Positions 36,238 to 45,654 of a stretch of 64,000 bases of DNA are shown in pieces. The notes beneath the pieces are model-generated. The model saw only the letters and a program-made list of their open reading frames with translations, did no database searches and was not told where the DNA came from. Every line of letters begins with the position of its first letter. Position 1 is the first letter of the stretch. The stretch is from Chlamydiia bacterium. GTDB lineage: Bacteria; Chlamydiota; Chlamydiia; Chlamydiales; 2-12-FULL-49-11. Both the position numbers and the translations under genes were made by a program. The DNA lies in the NCBI GenBank assembly GCA_044359535.1, contig JBIKLZ010000001.1, positions 94,855 through 158,854 on the forward strand, given 5' to 3'.

Positions 36238-37131
36238 TTATTTTAGAAATAGAAGGAGAGCTTTTTCTGCATGAATCAGAGAAATCGCAGCGCTGTTAAG
36301 GTGTGTTTGACAATAAGTGACATCATAAAGGTGCTTTTCAATTAAAAAAAGGGAGGTATGCAAAAGTTTTGCTGCAGTTAATACGCTAAGAGATTGAAAT
36401 TCTTGAGAACTTAACGGTAAGTGTTGAGTATAGGCATTGAAAAAAGCTTCGCTTTTTTCCTCTTTGTCAGTGCATGAAGAAAGGTAAAGGGCTTTGATGA
36501 CATATGTAAGGTCATAGAGGAGGACATCTATTTGAAATTGGTGATTTTGCAAAATGCCAGAAATTTTATCTTCTTTAAAAAGGATATTTGTGGGAAAAAG
36601 ATCAGTATGGACTAATCCTGTAGGCAAAAATATGGGCCATTTTTCTTCTATTGTCTTTATAAGTGTGGGGATCAAATCAAAAGAGATGGGAATAGACTCT
36701 TTTAGTTCTTCATACTTTTCTCTTAAAGAGAAAAGAAGTGGAGGTTTTCCTAAATATGGCTCTTCATACATTCTTGATAGCAGATGCATTTTTCCTAAGA
36801 ACTCTCCAAATTGTTGAAACTCTTTAATGGACCATTTTTCTTTAATTTTTCCCTCGCAAAAGGACCAGATGGCGCTATAGCCCTCTTTTGTTCGATCAAA
36901 GGAATAGAGTCTAGAAAAAGGTAGATCTCCATCACAAAGAAAATCGACAGATCTTTTTATGAACGAAAGATCTTTTAGAGTCATATCCTTTTTATAAGTA
37001 ATTAAAAGGGCCTGTTTTTCTCTGTAAAGGGTTTTTTCAATTTTTTGATCGGAATTTTCTTTAAGAAGGAGGGTCGGGGTTTTCTTTAAAGCCCTTTTCC
37101 ACGTTCTTCTTGTTTTTGCACTTATTGGCAT
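36238..37131 (-). CDS. APH/type II homoserine kinase-like phosphotransferase (degenerate)
   Basis: GEFLGKMH, LPTGLVHTDLFPTNILF, LLYDL; expected IDF motif reads LQN. Confidence 0.7.
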   Translation of the reverse strand: MPISAKTRRTWKRALKKTPTLLLKENSDQKIEKTLYREKQALLITYKKDMTLKDLSFIKRSVDFLCDGDLPFSRLYSFDRTKEGYSAIWSFCEGKIKEKWSIKEFQQFGEFLGKMHLLSRMYEEPYLGKPPLLFSLREKYEELKESIPISFDLIPTLIKTIEEKWPIFLPTGLVHTDLFPTNILFKEDKISGILQNHQFQIDVLLYDLTYVIKALYLSSCTDKEEKSEAFFNAYTQHLPLSSQEFQSLSVLTAAKLLHTSLFLIEKHLYDVTYCQTHLNSAAISLIHAEKALLLFLK

Positions 37132-37224
37132 ACAATTTCCCTTTTCACAGATCTAATTTCTACATACACGAATATTTTAAAAAATCAAGTTGTTTTTAAG
37201 TCTTTTTTTCACTATGTTGAGGAT

Positions 37225-37596
37225 ATGATTCTACTTTCCTTATATTCCCTTCTTCTTGCCACTCCAGCAGAAATAGCTATAACAAAGCAATCCTCTAAAG
37301 AGGATGAAAAAGTGACTCTAGAACAGATTGCGCAACAAGAAAATGAACGGTTAAATAACCTACCATTTAAACCCTATAATCAATTAAGTGAAGTTTTAGA
37401 AGGGGGGACAATTATTGTTTTAAAAGATTTGTCAAAGTGGGAAATTAATGAAGAGGGGAGAATTTATGCCTCAGGATGGTTAGGACCAGCACGGATCAAA
37501 ATTGTGAAAGAAAAGGATTCTCAAGGGATGAATTACCCTTTTAAAATCACAAATCTTGCCACAAAAGTGACTGTTTCAGCACGAAGATTAGAGTAA
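37225..37596 (+). CDS. Hypothetical exported protein
   Basis: GAGGA RBS; hydrophobic N-terminus; 123 aa. Confidence 0.6.
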   Translation: MILLSLYSLLLATPAEIAITKQSSKEDEKVTLEQIAQQENERLNNLPFKPYNQLSEVLEGGTIIVLKDLSKWEINEEGRIYASGWLGPARIKIVKEKDSQGMNYPFKITNLATKVTVSARRLE

Positions 37597-39111
37597 AGAA
37601 TCTGTTTTAAGAAGCATTTTAAGCTCCTTTATACAATCGGGGTGATGATTTTCTTCCTTTAGAATAGATTCAAGCCCTTTAAAATGGCGTTTTGCTTGGG
37701 TTGGGTTTAATCTTACAAAATGTAGATGAGTTAGATAATATTCAACAATAGGGTTTAAGGGATAGAGGTTATGATAAGAAGTTAGGACTTCTAAAGCCTC
37801 TTTTTTACGTCCAAGTTGTAGAAAAGTGGTTGCAAGGTGAAAAAGGCCCTCTCTAAATTTTGGAAAAGCATGTAGATAGGTTTTTAACGCCCCTTGCTTT
37901 TTAAGGATAGACTCCCTTGATTCATCCACTTGGTCATAAATTAGGGCAATCCCTTTTTCATCACAGTTTCCTAAAAGATAATCTTCAATTAAAGTATTTT
38001 TTAGGATTGAACCCTCACATCGGACATCTTTTATTTTTTTTAATAAGGCCTCTCCTTTTTTCTTTTCACCACTAAGAAGGTAGTTAAAAGCAAGCAATGA
38101 TTCAGTAAGAGGGTCATTTGGAATAAAGGCTAAAGCCTTTTGATATTCATCAATAGCCTTTGGATAATTTTTTGTCTGCCACAAAGAAGCTGCAGCATTA
38201 AAGTGGTGCATCCCAACCACCTCTTTTAGGGTTCTTTTTTGAACGTGTTTTGTTTGAATGCTTAAGTAGTGTTTTGTCGGGATGTGAATTCCCCGAGCTG
38301 TTGTTTCGATATTTAATGCATCTTCAAGTGTGGTATGTCCTAGGTAAATATGACCAGGAGGGGTGTAAATATCTAAAGAAACGCCCAATCTTTGTGCTAA
38401 ACTTAAGTAAAGGATAGAGACTCCAAGACAGACTCCATGATGGCTATCTAAAATAGAAGGAAGATATGTGTATTGATCGACATCGTTGATCCACAAAGAG
38501 TGGGGGGGGAATCGAAACATCATTTCATAGAAGACAAAATAGGATATTTTTTCAATAATATCACGGGGAGAAGGGTTTTTATCAAGCCGACCTAAAATGC
38601 AAAGGGCAAATAGATCAAGACTTGCTTCGTAACTTTTTATTAGATCTAATTGATCGGCTCCAAATTGGGCTAAAAATACGGCTCTTGCAATATCTATTTC
38701 TTCAGAGGGGAGACAAAGGAGCTGTTCTGTGGTTGTTGCATTATGCCCAAATAGGTTTAAGTGTTTTAGATGACTAGAAATTTTATCTATAAAGTGAATT
38801 TCTTCAGAGGAAAGGAGGATCTGTTTTTCTTCAGGCTGTTTTGTAAAGGTAGAAACAAATGATTCTACATCCATTTGTTTGCATAAAGGGATTGTTTGAA
38901 AATCAATAGGGGAGGATCTGTGTTTATTAATCAGACCAAAGGCTTTACTTAGCCCCTGTTTTCCCTCTTCGGTATCAGGGTAAAGGTGATAAAAGGCAAA
39001 TAGCTTAGATAGAGATTGTGGGTCTAAACGGCTATATAAAGTTTCAATTTCTGCACTTTTACCCACTAGTGTGAGGGTGTAAAAAAGGAAAAGAAAAAAC
39101 CATTGCTTCAT
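37588..39111 (-). CDS. Exported transglutaminase-like (SirB1/Transglut_core2) protein with TPR repeats
   Basis: Signal peptide; GVCLGVSILYLSLAQRLG, PGHIYL, NIETT (putative Cys-His-Glu triad); C-terminal TPR-like helices. Confidence 0.75.
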   Translation of the reverse strand: MKQWFFLFLFYTLTLVGKSAEIETLYSRLDPQSLSKLFAFYHLYPDTEEGKQGLSKAFGLINKHRSSPIDFQTIPLCKQMDVESFVSTFTKQPEEKQILLSSEEIHFIDKISSHLKHLNLFGHNATTTEQLLCLPSEEIDIARAVFLAQFGADQLDLIKSYEASLDLFALCILGRLDKNPSPRDIIEKISYFVFYEMMFRFPPHSLWINDVDQYTYLPSILDSHHGVCLGVSILYLSLAQRLGVSLDIYTPPGHIYLGHTTLEDALNIETTARGIHIPTKHYLSIQTKHVQKRTLKEVVGMHHFNAAASLWQTKNYPKAIDEYQKALAFIPNDPLTESLLAFNYLLSGEKKKGEALLKKIKDVRCEGSILKNTLIEDYLLGNCDEKGIALIYDQVDESRESILKKQGALKTYLHAFPKFREGLFHLATTFLQLGRKKEALEVLTSYHNLYPLNPIVEYYLTHLHFVRLNPTQAKRHFKGLESILKEENHHPDCIKELKMLLKTDSLL

Positions 39112-39153
39112 AAAAAAATAGTATACTAAGAGCGACTTATGAAAAAGAAAATT

Positions 39154-40728
39154 TTAAGCCACCATCTTTTTAAGGGTGTTTTTCAAATCAGTATGGTCTA
39201 AAAGAGTTTCTAAAGAGGGTCTAGTTTTATAACACCAATTTGAGGGGAGGATAAAGCCGGGTCTGTTGATCCTTTCCTCATCCGGCAAAGTAGAGACAAG
39301 CTCTTCAAAAAGGGCTAAATATTCAGATAAAAGATTGATATGAAATAAAGATGCAGAACGGTGGCTCTGTTTTAAGATTTCAAAACGGAGTGAAAATGAA
39401 AGGTGAGGGTTATAGATCAGCCCTAAAGATTCAGCAAAAAGCTTTGCCTCATTTGGAGAATTATTCCACCATTGAGTGAGAGTTTCACTGTCATGGGTGG
39501 AAACTGTGGTTAAGCTAATAGGGGGGTAAAATTGTGCATCAATAAACTGATCCCCCTTTTTTTCCCAACGGGGAATTTTTGTTCCCGCAAGAGCCTCTTG
39601 AGCCATACTCTCTTTTATCCCTTTTCTAACCACCCCAAGATCCTCGCCAATAGGGAGCATTGGGCTAAAGGAGATCAATTTTTTTAGGATTAAACTTCCC
39701 TGAATCAGTGAGAGCTGAAGATCTAAGGGTTGGTAAGCCCCCTTATCTACCGGCGCATCTTTAGGGATGGCAAAAATACTGTATAAACCAATAATGTGGT
39801 CGACTCTATAAAGGTCATACAATCTACTGGCAATCCTTAAACGCTCTTTCCAAAAGCGATAATCAGAAAATTCAATAGCCGACCAATTGTAAATGGGAAA
39901 GCCCCAATTTTGCCCTTGAGGGCACATTGTATCCTTTGGAGCCCCCGCTGTGTAATTTAAATTGAAATCATTTCTTCCCGCCCACACATCGACACTTTCT
40001 GGGCTCACTAAAATAGGGATATCCCCTTTTATAAATACCCCCTTTTTTTCAGCATAGGTTTTAACCTCATCAAATTGAGAGAAGGCAAGAAATTGTAAAA
40101 AGATGAAAAAATTTACCTGATCTCTGTTTTTTTGGATAAGCTCTTTTTTAACTCGTAGAGAGGGTTTTTGATCCCTTTTTTTCCATAGCGACCATTTTTT
40201 ATGACAATACTCTTCTTTTAAAGCTTTAAAGAGTCCATAATCATAGACCCATTGATTTTCTTTCAGAAATTTTAGGTAAGGGGGACTTTTTTCATATATT
40301 TTAAAGTAACGATGATAGTAAAGGGATAAAAATTCCATTTTGGCAGAAAGGATGGCATTGTAGGGAACCCTTTGAAGGTGAGTATACTTTTTAAACCCTT
40401 TTAAATGATAGATCAGGGCTTCATCACTTTTACAATAGGGTAAAGCGTGTAAAGAGAGGTAAATGGGATTTAGTGCTTTTGAAGAAAGGGCATTATAAGG
40501 GCTTGTTTCTAAGCCGCTATCATTAAGGGGTAGAAGTTGAATAATATCTAAATGGGTTAAATTACAAAAGTCAATCAACAGCTGTAGATCTAAAAATTCC
40601 CCTATTCCACAACTGTTTTTTGAATGGAGCGAAAATAAAGGGGTATTGATCCCATGGTGAGGAAAGACCCCAATTCTCTCCCATACTTTGTTCAAAGAAC
40701 TGCTTTTGATCCTTTCTTTAAAATCCAA
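39154..40728 (-). CDS. malQ: 4-alpha-glucanotransferase (amylomaltase, GH77)
   Basis: IQLLPLND, SPYNALS, KGDIP, GQNWGFP, RVDHIIG, GEDLG, STHD, INRPG. TTG start 40728 inferred, overlapping the scc1 end. Confidence 0.95.
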   Translation of the reverse strand: MDFKERIKSSSLNKVWERIGVFPHHGINTPLFSLHSKNSCGIGEFLDLQLLIDFCNLTHLDIIQLLPLNDSGLETSPYNALSSKALNPIYLSLHALPYCKSDEALIYHLKGFKKYTHLQRVPYNAILSAKMEFLSLYYHRYFKIYEKSPPYLKFLKENQWVYDYGLFKALKEEYCHKKWSLWKKRDQKPSLRVKKELIQKNRDQVNFFIFLQFLAFSQFDEVKTYAEKKGVFIKGDIPILVSPESVDVWAGRNDFNLNYTAGAPKDTMCPQGQNWGFPIYNWSAIEFSDYRFWKERLRIASRLYDLYRVDHIIGLYSIFAIPKDAPVDKGAYQPLDLQLSLIQGSLILKKLISFSPMLPIGEDLGVVRKGIKESMAQEALAGTKIPRWEKKGDQFIDAQFYPPISLTTVSTHDSETLTQWWNNSPNEAKLFAESLGLIYNPHLSFSLRFEILKQSHRSASLFHINLLSEYLALFEELVSTLPDEERINRPGFILPSNWCYKTRPSLETLLDHTDLKNTLKKMVA

Positions 40729-41173
40729 AGATCGATCCTTTTTTTCGATGAGTGCTTTTTGGAATCTCATCTGTTGGGGAGGATTTGCCCTCTTCAAAGG
40801 CCTCTTGCCAAGATTGAGCCCGTTTAGTCAGATCTTTTAAACACTGCATAAGAGAGTCAATAGTGGTTTTTTCAAGGAGAAGTTTTGTATGCACTGTTAA
40901 AGTGTTTTCTTTTCCAATGTAAGACAAAATCCCTTTATTTTTTTGGAGCGAAAAGTTTGATTTAAGGGCATCTTTTAAAATATGTTCTCGAAATTTACCA
41001 GGGGGAAGATCTCCAATAAAAGCTCCAATAATTAAATACTCTTCTGTTGGATCAAGCTCTATATGAACCTTTACAGAGTTTTCAATAAATAGAACAACGA
41101 CATTATGAAGATTTGGATAGATCTGTTTTTTAAGTCTATCAGAAAGTTGTTGAATTAAGCTCTTATATTTCAT
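40718..41173 (-). CDS. scc1: Type III secretion chaperone Scc1 (CesT/SycE family)
   Basis: 151 aa, LPPGKFRE.IL..ALK.N; located between copN and malQ. Start at MKYKSL. Confidence 0.85.
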   Translation of the reverse strand: MKYKSLIQQLSDRLKKQIYPNLHNVVVLFIENSVKVHIELDPTEEYLIIGAFIGDLPPGKFREHILKDALKSNFSLQKNKGILSYIGKENTLTVHTKLLLEKTTIDSLMQCLKDLTKRAQSWQEAFEEGKSSPTDEIPKSTHRKKGSIFGF

Positions 41174-42344
41174 TGTCTTCTTCCTCTTCTTCCTCTTCTT
41201 CCTCTTCTTCCTCTTCTTCCTCTTCGAGTTGATCATCTAATTCACTGATAGCTTCCAATATAGCCATTAGCAACTCTTCTCTATGTTTAGTATTTCGAAA
41301 GACTTTAGGAGCGACCCCTCGAAGGGCATCTCGATAGCAGGTAAAGATAATAATTTGAGCCACAATTTCAGCTTCCAACCCCAGATCCTTTGCAAGTTTA
41401 AGGACCTTATCAGGAGAGGGGTATCTTTCTTGAATGTATTTTGTAAAAAATTTTGCTAAGTATTCAAAGTCAAGTCGATCAGGGTATGCAAGATTTTCTC
41501 TTAAAAACTGCTCTTTAATCATCCCCATTCTCCCATGAAAAAATCTATAGATCCCTAAGATCGCTTGCATTGTTCTTGCCTCAGCAAATAAACGGGCAAG
41601 CTCTTGTTTGGAAATAGAAGGGCCTTTTGACTTCATATCACTTCCAAGAGAATGAAGGATAAAAGATAAAACCGGTTTCATTTTTTCAAAACTATAGGCT
41701 AAAGAAAGCTCCTCAAATAAAGTTGCCGGTTCTTTTGGATCACCGGTAATCTCTTTATATAATTGGCGTAAAGAGGTGGTTGTCCCTAACCCCTTTTTAG
41801 AAAACTCTTGAGCTGCTTCATTGATGTTTTTACCCGCGCGCACCTCTTTACCATACCGCTCATTAAGGAGGTTTCTTGCTAAAAGAATGTTTTTACCCAA
41901 ATTTATATTTGGGTTAGTTGTTGCCTGTAAAAATTTGAGCGCTTCATCAGCTAAGTATTCATCTTTGTAAAACTTAAGAACTTTAGCAAGAATTGCTTCA
42001 GCACTATCCTCGTCGTTTATCCCGGCTTTTAAACCAAGAAGGGCTTGGTGATTCATTTCAGGGTGATTTTGTTCAAATTCTTTAGCCGCTTTAGTCACAT
42101 CATCAATCAGCTGATCCTCATCCATTTTCACCTTTTCAGTAGGAGGTGCATTTTGAGCGGTAACCTTTTTATCAAGTTTTTCAAAGTCTCTTGTAAGATT
42201 AGGAAATAGCCCTGTTTCAACATTTTCAAGCATAGAGCGTTCTTCACCAAGGACTTCAGCTTCTAATTCCTCCCCTTTAGCTTGAGAGGCTTGAGCACTT
42301 ATTTGAGAGTGATTGACAGATGAAATATGAGGGTCACTTGACAT
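41163..42344 (-). CDS. copN: Type III secretion gatekeeper CopN (SctW/YopN family)
   Basis: LADEALKFL, AGKNI, SLRQLY, L.SDMKS.GPSI; downstream of cdsV; ends in E16. Confidence 0.88.
   Translation of the reverse strand: MSSDPHISSVNHSQISAQASQAKGEELEAEVLGEERSMLENVETGLFPNLTRDFEKLDKKVTAQNAPPTEKVKMDEDQLIDDVTKAAKEFEQNHPEMNHQALLGLKAGINDEDSAEAILAKVLKFYKDEYLADEALKFLQATTNPNINLGKNILLARNLLNERYGKEVRAGKNINEAAQEFSKKGLGTTTSLRQLYKEITGDPKEPATLFEELSLAYSFEKMKPVLSFILHSLGSDMKSKGPSISKQELARLFAEARTMQAILGIYRFFHGRMGMIKEQFLRENLAYPDRLDFEYLAKFFTKYIQERYPSPDKVLKLAKDLGLEAEIVAQIIIFTCYRDALRGVAPKVFRNTKHREELLMAILEAISELDDQLEEEEEEEEEEEEEEEEDNEI
41178..41225 (-). repeat. GAA/GAG 9-nt periodic repeat encoding 16 consecutive Glu
   Basis: (ttcttcctc)x5 plus ttc on the + strand. 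Confidence 0.9.
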
Positions 42345-42421
42345 AAAATCCCTGATAAATAGGTGTTGTATTCATTATTAACTTAACGATAGGAAAGAGA
42401 AAGATTATTTTAAAGATCTTT

Positions 42422-44548
42422 TTAGCTCAACTGAATTTTTCCAAGTGGTTGAATACGAATCTCTGAGACGATTTCTTGGGTTGAAAGAACAGCAAAATCA
42501 GGAAATTCTCCTTCGATGAGTTTTTTAACAAATCGCCTTACATCAATAGCTGTTAAAACAACAGGGGAGAGGGTTCCAGCAGGGGTGGGTTTTACAACGT
42601 TTCTAATGGCTTGAAGGATAAGCTGTATGGAATCTGAATCCAGTCTTAAGTAGGAGCCAGAGGAAGTTTCAGTGATTGCCCCACGAACCATGTCCTCAAT
42701 TTCTGGTTCAAGAAGATATACAGGGAGGATCGACTGACCTTTAGAATATTTATAACTTAAGTAGCGTTTCATTGAGGATCGTATATATTCGGTTAAAAGA
42801 ATAGGATCCTTCTCTGATTGAGCCCACTCGCCTAAAGCTTCTAAAATAGTCCTTAAGTCTCTAATAGAGACCTGCTCTTGAATCAGCCGTCTAAAAATAT
42901 CGGTAAGCTTTTGTAAAGGGACAAGGCGAGAAACTTCTTTAACAAGGTCAGGAAAGCTTTTTTCGATGTACTCTAAAATAGCTCGAACCTCTTGAATCCC
43001 TAAAAACTCGCTTGCATATTGTCTATAGAAATAGGAAAGGTGAAGGATGACCACATCTAAAATTTCCCAATATTTTATCCCTGACTTATCCAAAATGGTC
43101 TTGTACTCTTTACTTACCCAGATAGCGGGTTGATTCATAATATTTTTTGATTTTGTGAAAGGAATATTATATCTTTGAAGGTTTTGCTCTGTTTCGGGGG
43201 TAAGGACATGGTCCTTAATAATTTTTCCCCGCATTAAGGGGACTTCGTTTAAGTAAATGCAATATTCATCTGGATCTAAGGTTGGGGCATCTGTGCGAAC
43301 ATGGACGCCAGGAAATCTTAAGCCGAGGTCTTGATAAAGTGCAGCCCGCATTTTTGGGATTTTTTCTTCAATGAATTTTCCCCCTTCTCGATCCTTTTTG
43401 ACAAGCTCAGCAACATAAGGGCCTGTTTCTAAAATGACAGGAAGGGTAAGGGTAAATTCATCTCCCCCCCCTCTAATGACAGTTGAGCCATCAGTTCCAG
43501 TTTGCATTACTGATCCAGTTCCAGCAGCAACAAGGCTTGCCTCCCTTTTCATCGAGATCATTTTAGTAGCACCAAATCCAAACAAGAGGGCAGAGATACA
43601 GATAAAGAGTAAACTAGGAAAGGCCGGAACCATGGCAATAGCTAAAGTCATCCCTCCAGCAATTAATAACCCTTTAGGGTGTTGGGCAAGTTGTGAGGAG
43701 ATATCTCTTCCGACGTTTGATTTGTCATCTGAAGAGACACGTGTTGTTACAATACCTGCGGTTAAAGAGATGATTAAAGAGGGGATTTGGGAAACTAACC
43801 CACTACCAATTGAAAGAAGAGAATAGGTGTGGGCAGCTTGCATGGCAGACATGCCATGCATTGTGATTCCAATAACTAAGCCTCCAATAATGTTAATGAG
43901 GGCGATAATAATTCCAGCGATCACATCCCCCTTAACAAATTTCATCGCTCCGTCCATAGCGCCATAAAGCTGGCTCTCTTTTTGTAAATTCAAACGAAGC
44001 TGTCTTGCTTGGTTTGAATCAATCATTCCAGAGCGCATATCGGCATCAATACTCATTTGTTTTCCAGGCATCGCATCAAGGGTAAATCGTGCGGCAACCT
44101 CAGCTACCCTTTCAGCACCTTTTGTAACAACGATAAACTGAACAATAGTAATAATTAAAAAGACAATCCCCCCAACAACAAAGTTTCCACCAACAACAAG
44201 GCTTGCAAAGGCATAAATGACATCCCCTGCATAAGCGTGTAAAAGAATTTGCCGTGATGCAGAAATTTCAATACCTAGACGAAGAAGAGTTGTCATCAAG
44301 AGTATGGAAGGGAAAGAAGAAAGTTGAGTCGCTTTAGAAATGTAGAGAGCCACCATCACAAGGATTAATGAAGCGGTAAGATTTATTGAGATCAAAATGT
44401 CTAAAACTTCAGGAGGGAGGGGAATAATGATCATAGCTATGATCACAAACACCATGAATGCAAGCATAAGATCACTGGATCTACCTATCGAACTTAATAG
44501 TTTTGACTTACCAAAAAAGCCCATTAACCTATCTAATAAAGCACTCAT
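42422..44548 (-). CDS. cdsV: Type III secretion export gate SctV (CdsV/LcrD)
   Basis: VTKGAERVAEVAARFTLDAMPGKQMSIDAD, LYGAMDGAMKFVKGD, EQVSIRDLRTILE. Confidence 0.96.
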   Translation of the reverse strand: MSALLDRLMGFFGKSKLLSSIGRSSDLMLAFMVFVIIAMIIIPLPPEVLDILISINLTASLILVMVALYISKATQLSSFPSILLMTTLLRLGIEISASRQILLHAYAGDVIYAFASLVVGGNFVVGGIVFLIITIVQFIVVTKGAERVAEVAARFTLDAMPGKQMSIDADMRSGMIDSNQARQLRLNLQKESQLYGAMDGAMKFVKGDVIAGIIIALINIIGGLVIGITMHGMSAMQAAHTYSLLSIGSGLVSQIPSLIISLTAGIVTTRVSSDDKSNVGRDISSQLAQHPKGLLIAGGMTLAIAMVPAFPSLLFICISALLFGFGATKMISMKREASLVAAGTGSVMQTGTDGSTVIRGGGDEFTLTLPVILETGPYVAELVKKDREGGKFIEEKIPKMRAALYQDLGLRFPGVHVRTDAPTLDPDEYCIYLNEVPLMRGKIIKDHVLTPETEQNLQRYNIPFTKSKNIMNQPAIWVSKEYKTILDKSGIKYWEILDVVILHLSYFYRQYASEFLGIQEVRAILEYIEKSFPDLVKEVSRLVPLQKLTDIFRRLIQEQVSIRDLRTILEALGEWAQSEKDPILLTEYIRSSMKRYLSYKYSKGQSILPVYLLEPEIEDMVRGAITETSSGSYLRLDSDSIQLILQAIRNVVKPTPAGTLSPVVLTAIDVRRFVKKLIEGEFPDFAVLSTQEIVSEIRIQPLGKIQLS

Positions 44549-45627
44549 TATTTAAAGATCTCCAGTTTTTCTTCTTTTTTCTCTTTTTCTTCCAAATTTG
44601 CTATCCACTTTAAGATCTCTGCAATGGCTTCATAAGCATCTTCTGGGATGTAATCCCCAGTATTTCCTTTATAATACAATAACTGCGCTAAATCCACATT
44701 TCGCATAACGGGAATTTCATTGTCCACAGCTATTTTAATAATTTCTTCAGCAACTCTATCTAAACCCATAGTCACAATTTTTGGGGCAGGCTCATTATCT
44801 GCATCATATTCTACAGCGACAGCAATGTGAGTGGGGTTTGTCACAACTGCCCGTGCCCTTTTTGTTGCTTGAGGGCCGTCTTGATAAGCAATTTCTTGGG
44901 CAATTTGTCTCCGTTTACTTTTAATATGAGGATCACCCTCAGAATCCTTATACTCCTGTTTAACCTCAAATTTTTCCATTTTCATCTCTTTAGCAAAGGT
45001 TTTCTTTTGAAAAATCAAATCAAAAACAGCGACAATGATGAAAAAAATTCCAACCCTTATTACTACCTTTTTAAGAAACGATCCAAAGACCCCAGCACTG
45101 ACAACAAGAGGGGCTCCACATGTTGCAACAATTTCAGTGATGGAATTATACATTACTGAATAAATAAGGGCAACTGCTCCTACAATTTTTAATATAGACT
45201 TAATAAGTTCTACTAAAGTTTTAATTTTAAAAATGTTTTTTAGATTTGTTACAGGATTGAGTTTTTTAATATCTAATTTCATCGCTTCCATAGAAAACAT
45301 CGGTCCAATAATGAGAAAGTTTACAAAAACACCTACAATGGAGATGAATACAAGAAGGGGAAGTGAGGTATAAAAGATGGCATCCATTACATTCATTAAA
45401 ATGCCCCCAGCTTTTTGATTCAATTGATCATGAGCGGGAATATAACTAAACATTAAGAGAATAAAGCTACTTAATTTTGTATAGTAGTAGTTTGAAAAGA
45501 TAAGGACCCCAGCAATAGAAACAATAAATGTAAAAGCTGAGGGAAAATCTTTGGATTTTGCTGCTTGACCTTTTTTTCTAGCATCCCTAAGTTTCTTTGG
45601 GGTTGCCTTTTCGCTTTTTTCTGCCAT
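44548..45627 (-). CDS. cdsU: Type III secretion switch protein SctU (CdsU)
   Basis: EKSEKATPKKLRDARKKGQ, EVKQEYKDSEGDP, NPTH autocleavage motif. Confidence 0.96.
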   Translation of the reverse strand: MAEKSEKATPKKLRDARKKGQAAKSKDFPSAFTFIVSIAGVLIFSNYYYTKLSSFILLMFSYIPAHDQLNQKAGGILMNVMDAIFYTSLPLLVFISIVGVFVNFLIIGPMFSMEAMKLDIKKLNPVTNLKNIFKIKTLVELIKSILKIVGAVALIYSVMYNSITEIVATCGAPLVVSAGVFGSFLKKVVIRVGIFFIIVAVFDLIFQKKTFAKEMKMEKFEVKQEYKDSEGDPHIKSKRRQIAQEIAYQDGPQATKRARAVVTNPTHIAVAVEYDADNEPAPKIVTMGLDRVAEEIIKIAVDNEIPVMRNVDLAQLLYYKGNTGDYIPEDAYEAIAEILKWIANLEEKEKKEEKLEIFK

Positions 45628-45654
45628 AGTTTAGTAGAGCCTATACGTAGAGGT

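Noticed and set aside
41174-41236. Poly-basic KRKKRK N-terminus on Scc1 (NLS-like)
   Set aside because: Off-frame reading of the copN poly-Glu repeat; the real start is more likely 41173.
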